A stretch of 64,000 nucleotides of DNA from Eledone cirrhosa (GCA_964016885.1 OZ024762.1:12338001-12402000), one strand, 5' to 3'; shown: positions 23,661-39,156, counted from the first letter of the stretch. The notes: a model not told the origin generated them from the sequence alone. Numbers and translations are program-made.

Positions 23661-26600
23661 GGGTTCTTCCGAAGGGTTTTTGGAGTAACGTTACTTGATA
23701 GAGTGTGTAGCTCGAAGATCAGAGAGTCACTCCAGGTAGAGCTGCTACTTCTCTGAATTAAGAGGTCACAACTCTGATACTCTGGACTTGTGGTTAGAAT
23801 GTCTCAGGAAAGAATAGCTGGATTGAGAGATCACAGCTCTGATACTATGGACATGTGGTTAGAATGTCTCAGGAAAGAATAGCTGGATTGAGACATCACA
23901 GCTCTGATACTACAGACATGTGGTTAGAATGTCTCAGGAAAGAATAGCTGGATTGAGACATCACAGCTCTGATACTATGGACATGTGGTTAGAATGTCTC
24001 AGGAAAGAATAGCTGTATTGAGACATCACAGCTCTGATATTATGGACATGTGGTTAGAATGTCTCAGGAAAGAATAGCTGGATTGAGAGATCACAGCTCT
24101 GATATTATGGACATGTGGTTAGAATGTCTCAGGAAAGAATAGCTGGATTGAGACATCACAGCTCTGATATTATGGACATGTGGTTAGAATGTCTCAGGAA
24201 AGAATAGCTGGATTGAGACATCACAGCTCTGATATTATGGACATGTGGTTAGAATGTCTCAGGAAAGAATAGCTGGATTGAGACATCACAGCTCTGATAT
24301 TATGGACATGTGGTTAGAATGTCTCAGGAAAGAATAACTGGATTGAGACATCACAGCTCTGATATTATGGACATGTGGTTAGAATGTCTCAGGAAAGAAT
24401 AGCTGGATTGAGACATCACAGCTCTGATATTATGGATATGTGGTTAGAATGTCTCAGGAAAGAATAACTGGATTGAGAGATCACAGCTCTGATACTATGG
24501 ACATGTGGTTAGAATGTCTCAGGAAAGAATAACTGGATTGAGACATCACAGCTCTGATATTATGGACATGTGGTTAGAATGTCTCAGGAAAGAATAACTG
24601 GATTGAGAGATCACAGCTCTGATACTATGGACATGTGGTTAGAATGTCTCAGGAAAGAATAACTGGATTGAGACATCACAGCTCTGATATTATGGACATG
24701 TGGTTAGAATGTCTCAGGAAAGAATAGTTGGATTGAGACATCACAGCTCTGATATTATGGACATGTGGTTAGAATGTCTCAGGAAAGAATAACTGGATTG
24801 AGACATCACAGCTCTGATATTATGGACATGTGGTTAGAATGTCTCAGGAAAGAATAGCTGGATTGAGACATCACAGCTCTGATATTATGGACATGTGGTT
24901 AGAATGTCTCAGGAAAGAATAACTGGATTGAGAGATCACAGCTCTGATACTATGGACATGTGGTTAGAATGTCTCAGGAAAGAATAACTGGATTGAGACA
25001 TCACAGCTCTGATATTATGGACATGTGGTTAGAATGTCTCAGGAAAGAATAACTGGATTGAGAGATCACAGCTCTGATACTATGGACATGTGGTTAGAAT
25101 GTCTCAGGAAAGAATAACTGGATTGAGACATCACAGCTCTGATACTACGGACATGTGGTTAGAATGTCTCAGGAAAGAATAGCTGGATTGAGACATCACA
25201 GCTCTGATATTATGGACATGTGGTTAGAATGTCTCAGGAAAGAATAGCTGGATTGAGAGATCACAGCTCTGATATTATGGACATGTGGTTAGAATGTCTC
25301 AGGAAAGAATAACTGGATTGAGAGATCACAGCTCTGATACTATGGACATGTGGTTAGAATGTCTCAGGAAAGAATAGCTGGATTGAGAGATCACAGCTCT
25401 GATACTATGGACATGTGGTTAGAATGTCTCAGGAAAGAATAGCTGGATTGAGACATCACAGCTCTGATACTATGGACATGTGGTTAGAATGTCTCAGGAA
25501 AGAATAGCTGGATTGAGACATCACAGCTCTGATATTATGGACATGTGGTTAGAATGTCTCAGGAAAGAATAGCTGGATTGAGAGATCACAGCTCTGATAT
25601 TATGGACATGTGGTTAGAATGTCTCAGGAAAGAATAGCTGGATTGAGACATCACAGCTCTGATATTATGGACATGTGGTTAGAATGTCTCAGGAAAGAAT
25701 AGCTGGATTGAGAGATCACAGCTCTGATATTATGGACATGTGGTTAGAATGTCTCAGGAAAGAATAACTGGATTGAGAGATCACAGCTCTGATACTATGG
25801 ACATGTGGTTAGAATGTCTCAGGAAAGAATAGCTGGATTGAGAGATCACAGCTCTGATACTATGGACATGTGGTTAGAATGTCTCAGGAAAGAATAGCTG
25901 GATTGAGACATCACAGCTCTGATATTATGGACATGTGGTTAGAATGTCTCAGGAAAGAATAACTGGATTGAGAGATCACAGCTCTGATACTATGGACATG
26001 TGGTTAGAATGTCTCAGGAAAGAATAGCTGGATTGAGAGATCACAGCTCTGATACTATGGACATGTGGTTAGAATGTCTCAGGAAAGAATAGCTGGATTG
26101 AGACATCACAGCTCTGATATTATGGACATGTGGTTAGAATGTCTCAGGAAAGAATAACTGGATTGAGAGATCACAGCTCTGATACTATGGACATGTGGTT
26201 AGAATGTCTCAGGAAAGAATAGCTGGATTGAGAGATCACAGCTCTGATACTATGGACATGTGGTTAGAATGTCTCAGGAAAGAATAGCTGGATTGAGACA
26301 TCACAGCTCTGATACTATGGACATGTGGTTAGAATGTCTCAGGAAAGAATAGCTGGATTGAGACATCACAGCTCTGATACTATGGACATGTGGTTAGAAT
26401 GTCTCAGGAAAGAATAGCTGGATTGAGAGATCACAGCTCTGATATTATGGACATGTGGTTAGAATGTCTCAGGAAAGAATAACTGGATTGAGACATCACA
26501 GCTCTGATACTACAGACATGTGGATAGAATGTCTCAGGAAAGAATAGCTGGATTGAGAGATCACAGCTCTGATACTATGGACATGTGGTTAGAATGTCTC

Positions 26601-29600
26601 AGGAAAGAATAGCTGGATTGAGACATCACAGCTCTGATACTATGGACATGTGGTTAGAATGTCTCAGGAAAGAATAGCTGGATTGAGAGATCACAGCTCT
26701 GATACTACAGACATGTGGTTAGAATGTCTCAGGAAAGAATAGCTGGATTGAGAGATCACAGCTCTGATACTACAGACATGTGGTTAGAATGTCTCAGGAA
26801 AGAATAGCTGGATTGAGACATCACAGCTCTGATATTATGGACATGTGGTTAGAATGTCTCAGGAAAGAATAGCTGGATTGAGAGATCACAGCTCTGATAC
26901 TATGGACATGTGGTTAGAATGTCTCAGGAAAGAATAGCTGGATTGAGACATCACAGCTCTGATACTATGGACATGTGGTTAGAATGTCTCAGGAAAGAAT
27001 AGCTGGATTGAGAGATCACAGCTCTGATACTACAGACATGTGGTTAGAATGTCTCAGGAAAGAATAGCTGGATTGAGAGATCACAGCTCTGATACTACAG
27101 ACATGTGGTTAGAATGTCTCAGGAAAGAATAGCTGGATTGAGACATCACAGCTCTGATATTATGGACATGTGGTTAGAATGTCTCAGGAAAGAATAGCTG
27201 GATTGAGAGATCACAGCTCTGATACTATGGACATGTGGTTAGAATGTCTCAGGAAAGAATAGCTGGATTGAGACATCACAGCTCTGATACTACGGACATG
27301 TGGTTAGAATGTCTCAGGAAAGAATAGCTGGATTGAGAGATCACAGCTCTGATACTATGGACATGTGGTTAGAATGTCTCAGGAAAGAATAGCTGGATTG
27401 AGAGATCACAGCTCTGATACTACGGACATGTGGTTAGAATGTCTCAGGAAAGAATAGCTGGATTGAGAGATCACAGCTCTGATACTACGGACATGTGGTT
27501 AGAATGTCTCAGGAAAGAATAGCTGGATTGAGAGATCACAGCTCTGATACTACGGACATGTGGTTAGAATGTCTCAGGAAAGAATAGCTGGATTGAGACA
27601 TCACAGCTCTGATACTACGGACATGTGGTTAGAATGTCTCAGGAAAGAATAGCTGGATTGAGACATCACAGCTCTGATACTATGGACATGTGGTTAGAAT
27701 GTCTCAGGAAAGAATAGCTGGATTGAGACATCACAGCTCTGATACTACGGACATGTGGTTAGAATGTCTCAGGAAAGAATAGCTGGATTGAGACATCACA
27801 GCTCTGATACTATGGACATGTGGTTAGAATGTCTCAGGAAAGAATAGCTGGATTGAGACATCACAGCTCTGATACTACGGACATGTGGTTAGAATGTCTC
27901 AGGAAAGAATAGCTGGATTGAGACATCACAGCTCTGATACTATGGACATGTGGTTAGAATGTCTCAGGAAAGAATAGCTGGATTGAGACATCACAGCTCT
28001 GATACTACGGACATGTGGTTAGAATGTCTCAGGAAAGAATAGCTGGATTGAGACATCACAGCTCTGATACTATGGACATGTGGTTAGAATGTCTCAGGAA
28101 AGAATAGCTGGATTGAGACATCACAGCTCTGATACTACAGACATGTGGTTAGAATGTCTCAGGAAAGAATAGCTGGATTGAGACATCACAGCTCTGATAC
28201 TACGGACATGTGGTTAGAATGTCTCAGGAAAGAATAGCTGGATTGAGACATCACAGCTCTGATACTACGGACATGTGGTTAGAATGTCTCAGGAAAGAAT
28301 AGCTGGATTGAGACATCACAGCTCTGATACTATGGACATGTGGTTAGAATGTCTCAGGAAAGAATAGCTGGATTGAGAGATCACAGCTCTGATACTACGG
28401 ACATGTGGTTAGAATGTCTCAGGAAAGAATAGCTGGATTGAGACATCACAGCTCTGATACTACGGACATGTGGTTAGAATGTCTCAGGAAAGAATAGCTG
28501 GATTGAGACATCACAGCTCTGATACTATGGACATGTGGTTAGAATGTCTCAGGAAAGAATAGCTGGATTGAGACATCACAGCTCTGATACTACGGACATG
28601 TGGTTAGAATGTCTCAGGAAAGAATAGCTGGATTGAGACATCACAGCTCTGATACTATGGACATGTGGTTAGAATGTCTCAGGAAAGAATAGCTGGATTG
28701 AGACATCACAGCTCTGATACTACAGACATGTGGTTAGAATGTCTCAGGAAAGAATAGCTGGATTGAGACATCACAGCTCTGTTACTATGGACATGTGGTT
28801 AGAATGTCTCAGGAAAGAATAGCTGGATTGAGAGATCACAGCTCTGATACTATGGACATGTGGTTAGAATGTCTCAGGAAAGAATAGCTGGATTGAGACA
28901 TCACAGCTCTGATACTATGGACATGTGGTTAGAATGTCTCAGGAAAGAATAGCTGGATTGAGACATCACAGCTCTGTTACTATGGACATGTGGTTAGAAT
29001 GTCTCAGGAAAGAATAGCTGGATTGAGAGATCACAGCTCTGATACTATGGACATGTGGTTAGAATGTCTCAGGAAAGAATAGCTGGATTGAGACATCACA
29101 GCTCTGATACTATGGACATGTGGTTAGAATGTCTCAGGAAAGAATAGCTGGATTGAGACATCACAGCTCTGATACTATGGGCATGTGGTTAGAATGTCTC
29201 AGGAAAGAATAGCTGGATTGAGACATCACAGCTCTGATACTATGGGCATGTGGTTAGAATGTCTCAGGAAAGAATAGCTGGATTGAGACATCACAGCTCT
29301 GTTACTATGGACATGTGGTTAGAATGTCTCAGGAAAGAATAGCTGGATTGAGAGATCACAGCTCTGATACTATGGACATGTGGTTAGAATGTCTCAGGAA
29401 AGAATAGCTGGATTGAGACATCACAGCTCTGATACTATGGACATGTGGTTAGAATGTCTCAGGAAAGAATAGCTGGATTGAGAGATCACAGCTCTGATAC
29501 TATGGACATGTGGTTAGAATGTCTCAGGAAAGAATAGCTGGATTGAGAGATCACAGCTCTGATACTATGGACATGTGGTTAGAATGTCTCAGGAAAGAAT

Positions 29601-32600
29601 AGCTGGATTGAGACATCACAGCTCTGATACTATGGACATGTGGTTAGAATGTCTCAGGAAAGAATAGCTGGATTGAGAGATCACAGCTCTGATACTATGG
29701 ACATGTGGTTAGAATGTCTCAGGAAAGAATAGCTGGATTGAGACATCACAGCTCTGATACTATGGACATGTGGTTAGAATGTCTCAGGAAAGAATAGCTG
29801 GATTGAGACATCACAGCTCTGATACTATGGACATGTGGTTAGAATGTCTCAGGAAAGAATAGCTGGATTGAGACATCACAGCTCTGATACTATGGACATG
29901 TGGTTAGAATGTCTCAGGAAAGAATAGCTGGATTGAGAGATCACAGCTCTGATACTATGGACATGTGGTTAGAATGTCTCAGGAAAGAATAGCTGGATTG
30001 AGACATCACAGCTCTGATACTATGGACATGTGGTTAGAATGTCTCAGGAAAGAATAGCTGGATTGAGACATCACAGCTCTGATACTATGGACATGTGGTT
30101 AGAATGTCTCAGGAAAGAATAGCTGGATTGAGACATCACAGCTCTGATACTATGGACATGTGGTTAGAATGTCTCAGGAAAGAATAGCTGGATTGAGACA
30201 TCACAGCTCTGATACTATGGACATGTGGTTAGAATGTCTCAGGAAAGAATAGCTGGATTGAGACATCACAGCTCTGATACTATGGACATGTGGTTAGAAT
30301 GTCTCAGGAAAGAATAGCTGGATTGAGAGATCACAGCTCTGATACTATGGACATGTGGTTAGAATGTCTCAGGAAAGAATAGCTGGATTGAGACATCACA
30401 GCTCTGATACTATGGACATGTGGTTAGAATGTCTCAGGAAAGAATAGCTGGATTGAGACATCACAGCTCTGATACTATGGACATGTGGTTAGAATGTCTC
30501 AGGAAAGAATAGCTGGATTGAGACATCACAGCTCTGATACTATGGACATGTGGTTAGAATGTCTCAGGAAAGAATAGCTGGATTGAGACATCACAGCTCT
30601 GATACTATGGACATGTGGTTAGAATGTCTCAGGAAAGAATAGCTGGATTGAGAGATCACAGCTCTGATACTATGGACATGTGGTTAGAATGTCTCAGGAA
30701 AGAATAGCTGGATTGAGACATCACAGCTCTGATACTATGGACATGTGGTTAGAATGTCTCAGGAAAGAATAGCTGGATTGAGACATCACAGCTCTGATAC
30801 TATGGACATGTGGTTAGAATGTCTCAGGAAAGAATAGCTGGATTGAGACATCACAGCTCTGATACTATGGACATGTGGTTAGAATGTCTCAGGAAAGAAT
30901 AGCTGGATTGAGACATCACAGCTCTGATACTATGGACATGTGGTTAGAATGTCTCAGGAAAGAATAGCTGGATTGAGACATCACAGCTCTGATACTATGG
31001 ACATGTGGTTAGAATGTCTCAGGAAAGAATAGCTGGATTGAGACATCACAGCTCTGATACTATGGACATGTGGTTAGAATGTCTCAGGAAAGAATAGCTG
31101 GATTGAGAGATCACAGCTCTGATACTATGGACATGTGGTTAGAATGTCTCAGGAAAGAATAGCTGGATTGAGACATCACAGCTCTGATACTATGGACATG
31201 TGGTTAGAATGTCTCAGGAAAGAATAGCTGGATTGAGACATCACAGCTCTGATACTATGGACATGTGGTTAGAATGTCTCAGGAAAGAATAGCTGGATTG
31301 AGACATCACAGCTCTGATACTATGGACATGTGGTTAGAATGTCTCAGGAAAGAATAGCTGGATTGAGACATCACAGCTCTGATACTATGGACATGTGGTT
31401 AGAATGTCTCAGGAAAGAATAGCTGGATTGAGAGATCACAGCTCTGATACTATGGACATGTGGTTAGAATGTCTCAGGAAAGAATAGCTGGATTGAGACA
31501 TCACAGCTCTGATACTATGGACATGTGGTTAGAATGTCTCAGGAAAGAATAGCTGGATTGAGACATCACAGCTCTGATACTATGGACATGTGGTTAGAAT
31601 GTCTCAGGAAAGAATAGCTGGATTGAGACATCACAGCTCTGATACTATGGACATGTGGTTAGAATGTCTCAGGAAAGAATAGCTGGATTGAGAGATCACA
31701 GCTCTGATACTATGGACATGTGGTTAGAATGTCTCAGGAAAGAATAGCTGGATTGAGACATCACAGCTCTGATATTATGGACATGTGGTTAGAATGTCTC
31801 AGGAAAGAATAGCTGGATTGAGACATCACAGCTCTGATACTATGGGCATGTGGTTAGAATGTCTCAGGAAAGAATAGCTGGATTGAGACATCACAGCTCT
31901 GATACTATGGACATGTGGTTAGAATGTCTCAGGAAAGAATAGCTGGATTGAGACATCACAGCTCTGATACTATGGACATGTGGTTAGAATGTCTCAGGAA
32001 AGAATAGCTGGATTGAGACATCACAGCTCTGATACTATGGACATGTGGTTAGAATGTCTCAGGAAAGAATAGCTGGATTGAGACATCACAGCTCTGATAC
32101 TATGGACATGTGGTTAGAATGTCTCAGGAAAGAATAGCTGGATTGAGAGATCACAGCTCTGATACTATGGACATGTGGTTAGAATGTCTCAGGAAAGAAT
32201 AGCTGGATTGAGACATCACAGCTCTGATACTATGGACATGTGGTTAGAATGTCTCAGGAAAGAATAGCTGGATTGAGACATCACAGCTCTGATACTATGG
32301 ACATGTGGTTAGAATGTCTCAGGAAAGAATAGCTGGATTGAGACATCACAGCTCTGATACTATGGACATGTGGTTAGAATGTCTCAGGAAAGAATAGCTG
32401 GATTGAGACATCACAGCTCTGATACTATGGACATGTGGTTAGAATGTCTCAGGAAAGAATAGCTGGATTGAGACATCACAGCTCTGTTACTATGGACATG
32501 TGGTTAGAATGTCTCAGGAAAGAATAGCTGGATTGAGACATCACAGCTCTGATACTATGGACATGTGGTTAGAATGTCTCAGGAAAGAATAGCTGGATTG

Positions 32601-32868
32601 AGAGATCACAGCTCTGATACTACAGACATGTGGTTAGAATGTCTCAGGAAAGAATAGCTGGACAGATTTTATTGGTAAAACCAACTGGCAGGAGACCCAG
32701 AGGTAGAGCCCCTGCGAGAAAGATGGTTTGTTATCATCCATGAGCTTGGCTGGTCTCTCTTGAAGAATCCAGCTGGATCAGTTGGAGATGGTTGCTTCTC
32801 ACAGGACCTGTTGGAAGGTGTTTGAGGCTCCCACGGCCCTCTCAAAAATAAGTGGAAGAAGAAGAAGG
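23661..32868 (+). mobile_element. RTE LINE 3' fragment whose internal 65 bp was amplified into a satellite
   Basis: Flanks are continuous with the monomer at 11455-11790; GRRPRGR-type motif after the array; gaagaagaag tail. Confidence 0.85.
23757..32661. repeat. 65-bp satellite, ~137 copies (8.9 kb)
   Basis: Unit attgagacatcacagctctgatactatggacatgtggttagaatgtctcaggaaagaatagctgg, period exactly 65. Confidence 0.98.
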
Positions 32869-33540
32869 GGGAAGGTGTGATAGACGCTACACCTACACAA
32901 CCACTTTACAGTTTTATTAGGGCTGGTGGGTGTTGAGGTGTGGAAGAAGGGTGATTAGGGGGCGGGTGGAGTATATATACATATATATATATATCAATGA
33001 TATTAATAAATGGAAACTATATTTATAAAACCACATTTATTCTATTATATATATTTCAAGGGTACCAAAACTTTAGTGCGCTCTCATCAGATAAAATACA
33101 AAGTTTGTTTTATAAATATTGACATACCCAGGAATCAGACTTTAACGGTTCAAGTTCCATTTATTAATATCATTGATATTATACTCCAGAAAAACCTGTA
33201 GAGTACTTCGTATCTGTGATAAATATACTTGTTGAATTACCAACAATTGCTTTGTTTTTGTATTGTATGGCCCCATAAATCCTTGAGGCGTCACAGGGGC
33301 ATCGTAGTGACATATAGCGGGTCATAGGTACTTCCATCCTGGCAGAGGCCATCTCCCGACTCCAGGTTTGAACACAGTAGGGAGTGATAGGGAGCAAGTA
33401 AGAGAGATGTATAGAATAAGCATTGATCAAAAGTACAAGACAGGTACATTTATCAACATGAAAAGCATAGAAAAGTTGAACAAACATATAATTTATTTAC
33501 ACTCCAGTTGAAGCAAATGCAGACATAGCTCTCTCCCTCC

Positions 33541-33582
<42 letters not shown>

Positions 33583-33598
33583 ATCATATTAAATTTTA

Positions 33599-33643
<45 letters not shown>

Positions 33644-33736
33644 CATCATATATATATATACCCCCGTCCCACTACCTCCACACCACCCCTTTCAATGTAA
33701 AGTTATGTATATACATATATATATATATACATATAC

Positions 33737-33767
<31 letters not shown>

Positions 33768-33880
33768 CATATACATATATACATACATATACATATATAC
33801 ATACATATACATATATACATACACATATACATATATACATACACATATATACATACATACATATATACATACATACATAT

Positions 33881-33911
<31 letters not shown>

Positions 33912-34216
33912 CATACATACATATATACATACATACATATATACATATATATATACATACATACATATAAAATATATATATATACATATTTATATATATA
34001 TATCATCATCGTTTAATGTCCATGTATATATAAATATATGTACATTATTCCTGCTATATCAAGCGTTAACCTAATATAATACTTCCATACACTGTGGTGA
34101 CTGTGTTGTTATTTCTGTTGACCTTATATGTATATATATATATACATACATACATACATATAAATATATATATATACATACATACATACATATATATATA
34201 TATACATACATACATA

Positions 34217-35272
34217 TCATCATCATCATCATCATCAACGTTTAACGTCCGTGTTCCACGCTTGCATGGGTTTGGACGGGGGTAGTCCCACTTGAGGCAA
34301 GAGTGATTGTCTTGCTCGCATAGGACTGTCTGGCAGGTTTTCTACAGTTGGATGCCCTTCCTAACACCAACCACATTTACAGTGTGGGTCTGGGAGGTTT
34401 TTACCGTGTTGCCTACACGGCCACATTACAGCGTGGACTGTGTGTTTTTTTGTCGTGACACCTACACGATCTCATTTGTTTCGGCCTGGATGGCGCGGCA
34501 CCAACATAACTTTACATAGAACGGGGTGGTGTGGATGGGGTGGAGGTGGTGGCGGGACGGGGTGTATTTTGTTAGAGATGCCTACTGGCAAGGCGGGTCT
34601 TCTCTGTTACTGAGTACCGCCAAAGGTCTCGGTCCAGTGACATTGTCTTGGAGAGGTGTAAGTGTGTGAGGTCGGAGTTTATCAGCTCATCCCATGTTTT
34701 TCTAGGTCTGCCTATTCCGTGGCTACCGTCTATCTTTATTGCCCTGCACTTTGTAATACAGCTATCGACTTTCATGCGCATCACGTGTCCATACCAACGC
34801 AGCCTTCTCTCGAGTAAACAACATCTGATCCCGCTTATCTCTAATTTTTTCCTTAGTTCGTTTATGCTTTGCCGTTCACGTATATTACTGTTACACATCC
34901 AGCGGAGCATGCAAGCTTCGTTCCTCTCTAGTCTGCGTATATCCTCTGCACACAATGCCCAGGTCTCACTACCATGCAACATTGCTGTTCGTATGCAGGC
35001 ATCGTACAACCTGCCTTTCATTTTTAGGGAGAACCCTTTAGCAGCTAATAGTGGTATAAGCTCTCTGAACTTTTTCTAACCAGTTCTGACTCTAGCTACA
35101 GTACTTTCAGAGCACCCTCCCCCACTGCTGATTTTATCGCCCAGGTAACGGAAGCTGTCCACTATTTCTATAGAACCCTCTGCGCAATTGAAAGAGCTAG
35201 TATTTTGTGGGCACTTGCTGCTACTTATTGCACCAGAACACCGGCCACATGTAAAGTCTATGTTCTTAGTTA
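34217..35272 (-). mobile_element. 5'-truncated RTE-clade LINE with (GAT)n tail, inactive
   Basis: FTCGRC...VDSFRYLG...RVRTG*KKFREL...MLHGSETW...LRWYGHVMRM...GRPRKTW; in-frame TAG at ~35076-35078 where W is expected. Confidence 0.92.
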
Positions 35273-35275
35273 GCT

Positions 35276-35444
35276 TATATACATATATATATACATATAT
35301 ATATACATATATATACATACACATATATATATACATATATATACATATACATATATATATATACATATACATATACATACATATACATATATATACATAT
35401 ATATATATATACATATACATATATATACATATACATATATATAC

Positions 35445-35523
<79 letters not shown>

Positions 35524-35578
35524 CATATATATATACATATATATATATACATATATATATATACATATATATATATAC

Positions 35579-35609
<31 letters not shown>

Positions 35610-35638
35610 CATATATATATATACATATATATATATAC

Positions 35639-35685
<47 letters not shown>

Positions 35686-35871
35686 CATATATATATATAC
35701 ATATATATATATACATATATATATATATACATATATATATATACATATATATATATACATATATATATATACATATATATATATATACATATATATATAT
35801 ACATATATATATATACATATATATATATACATATATATACATATATATATATACATATATATATATACATA

Positions 35872-35923
<52 letters not shown>

Positions 35924-36140
35924 CATATATATATATACATATATATATATACATATACACATATATATATACATATATATACATATATTTATACATATAT
36001 ATACATACTTACATATATATATACATACTTACATATATATATACATATACTTACATATATATATATACTTACATATATATATATACTTACATATATATAT
36101 ACATATACTTACATATATATATACTTATATATATATATGT
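35276..36140. repeat. (TA)n/CA compound microsatellite
   Basis: Direct inspection. Confidence 0.95.
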
Positions 36141-36483
36141 CAGTACATATAAGGATGTATGAATTCTCTAGTGTCAAGAAGTAGGAGTGGGCATGTCTGG
36201 AACATGAGATGTCCTTACTTTGTGGCATAGTTACATACATACACTATACAGACATACACACACGCACACACATATATATACATACACATATATACACACC
36301 ATACATAGTCCTTGGGAGACACACACAAATATATACACCATACATATAAAGATACACACAAACACACACACATATATATATATATATATGCATACAAAGA
36401 AACACACGCATATATATATATATACATACATATAAAGACCCACACACGCACAGTCTTTGGGAAACAAAGACAAACACACACTG

Positions 36484-36516
<33 letters not shown>

Positions 36517-36563
36517 AAATACAACAGCACCCCAGTACAAATCTGGGTTTACCAAACAAACAA

Positions 36564-36833
36564 TTTAACCCTTTTGTTACCAGATTTCTAATGTAAATAA
36601 CATTTTAAAAAAATAGCAAAATTTTCAAATAATTTTGAAAATAATCAAGAATTTGATGGGATTAAGTAATATAACTTTCTCACTACTAAATTAGTGTCTG
36701 GAACATAACTTAACAAAGGTTCTCACATAAAATTATGTAATGTTTAAAGATAAATATAATCAGACATTGGAGATAAACAGTTTTGTATGATAGAAGCAGA
36801 GAATAAGGGACTGTTTGGTGTCAAAAGGGTTAA
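36564..36833. mobile_element. piggyBac-like MITE (second family)
   Basis: TTAAcccttttg ... caaaagggTTAA. Confidence 0.75.
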
Positions 36834-36945
36834 ATATAATTCTGGAAGAATAAACAAACAAAAAAAATCATTTCTTTTCGTATTGTTACCTTACAATAAA
36901 TAAGGTAAATTTATTAAAAAAAAACGTGAAGTATATATACACACA

Positions 36946-36998
<53 letters not shown>

Positions 36999-37188
36999 AT
37001 ATAATATAACATACACACGTGTGTGTGTGTACATATATATATACACATACATGTAATATAACATACACACGTGTGTGTTGTACATATATATATAAACATA
37101 CATATAATATAACATACACACGTGTGTGTGTGTACATATATATATACACATACATATAAATATATATATCATACACACAAGTGTGTAT

Positions 37189-37245
<57 letters not shown>

Positions 37246-37246
<1 letters not shown>

Positions 37247-37913
37247 TTGGGGAGGGTCATATTTGTGTAATAATATTGCCAGAATTAATAACAGAACACA
37301 CTCACTGCTTGGTTGGTTTTCGTTTCTGTGTCTTTTATATCGGTTATTTAATTTATTTGGTCCTCAATGTTAAACAGAAAAAATGAATGGAATAACAACA
37401 CCCAAACAAACAATACTGACCTAAGAGAAGTAAATAAATAAACACATACACAAGCACAATAACAACAAACACATCTAAACACACACTAGTAAACTAAGAT
37501 AGAATACATTAACCAATACACAGTCACCCAAACAAGAACACACATCAAACAAAACACTATACACACACGCAAACGCATACGCAGAGAAGACAAAAAAAAT
37601 AAACAAATAAATAAAAAAAATAAACAGACTAAATAAAGATGGTGTAAGGATACAATGCAACAGGAGGAAACATAATAGCACCACTGACGATGTTGCAGAT
37701 GTGCAACGAAAGAACTTTGATAGACTATATATATGTGTTTGTGTCTATATTATATCTGTATTTCTGACCGTTGGTCAGTCAATGGCAACATTGAGGACCA
37801 AATAAATTAAATTAACCGATATAAAAGACACAGAAGCGAAAACAAACCAAGCAGTGAGTGTGTTCTGTTATTAATTCTGGCAATATTATTACACAAATAT
37901 GACCCTCCCCAAG
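37246..37913. mobile_element. 668-bp element with ~126-bp terminal inverted repeats, TA-flanked, carrying a hammerhead-like motif
   Basis: TA-cttggggagggtcatatttgtg...tcctcaatgtt / aacattgaggacc...cacaaatatgaccctccccaag-TA. Confidence 0.8.
37674..37728 (+). ncRNA. Single hammerhead-like motif homologous to the GST-intron array
   Basis: CTGACGA-T-GTTGCA(GATG)TGCAAC-GAAAGAACTT-TGATAGACTAT; perfect 6-bp stem II, weakened stem I. Confidence 0.65.
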
Positions 37914-37959
37914 TATAATATTTGTTTCGACACACGATTTCATATCAAAAACCTCGCAA

Positions 37960-37994
<35 letters not shown>

Positions 37995-38333
37995 ACACGT
38001 ATGTATGTGTATGTATGTATATATATATATGTATATCACACACGTATGTATGTGTATGTATGTATACACGTATGCATATTTGTATAGAAAAAAGTTTAGA
38101 AAAGAAATTTCAAAATAGAAAATAAAATTCAAAAGAGAACAGCAGTTATTTGAGGGGGGCGGGGGGTGTAAAAGCTTAGGGGGTTAAACTGGAAGTAGAG
38201 GGATGTTCGAAGTAGGGTCTCCATAGCTGGGACCAGGGTAAATACTGTGTCATATATAAATGTGCATGCGTTTTTATACACACATATATAAATGTACATA
38301 TGTGTGTGTGTGTGTGTGTGTATATTTATATAT

Positions 38334-38365
<32 letters not shown>

Positions 38366-38882
38366 ATGTATGTTAGTATGTGTATATATATATATATATA
38401 TAAATGTATGAATGTATATTTATATGTATATATATATACTTACATATATATAAATATATATATATATGTGTACAAATACATATATATATATATATAAATG
38501 TATGTATGTGTATATATATATATAAATGTATGTATATATATATATATATCTACATACATACATATATATAAATATATATGTGTGTATATATATATATATA
38601 TATAAATGTATGTACGTATGTATGTATGTATGTAGACATATGTATGTATATATATATATAGGATAGGTGTGTATATGTATGTATATATATATAAAATAGG
38701 TATATATATATAGTTATGTAGATTAAGCAGCCATAAGAAGACTAAAAAATGGTAGAGTCCCAGGAACAGACAATGTCCGAGGAGAAGTGATCCAGCAAAG
38801 AGGAGGGGGAGTTGTAGACATCCTTACCTGCATATATAGGTGTGTATATATATAGGTATGTGTGTATATATAGGTATAGGTG

Positions 38883-38916
<34 letters not shown>

Positions 38917-39156
38917 TATATAGGTGTGTGTGTATTTATAAGTACGCATGTGTATATATATATATATATATATATAGGTGTGTGTGTATTTATAAGTACG
39001 CGTGTGTATATATATATATAGGTGTGTGTGTATTTTTAGGTATGTGCGTGTATATAGTTATATATATCTGTGTGTGTGTATAAGGATGTGAAAAGTCAAC
39101 AAAGAAAAACACAAAAGAACCAAATACAATGTTGATATATATATATATATATATAG

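Noticed and set aside
23757-32661. Possible CRISPR-like array
   Set aside because: Contiguous 65-bp tandem units with no unique spacers, eukaryotic context and LINE-derived sequence.
33179-33487. 102-aa ORF in unique sequence
   Set aside because: No recognisable motif or convincing splice sites in any frame.
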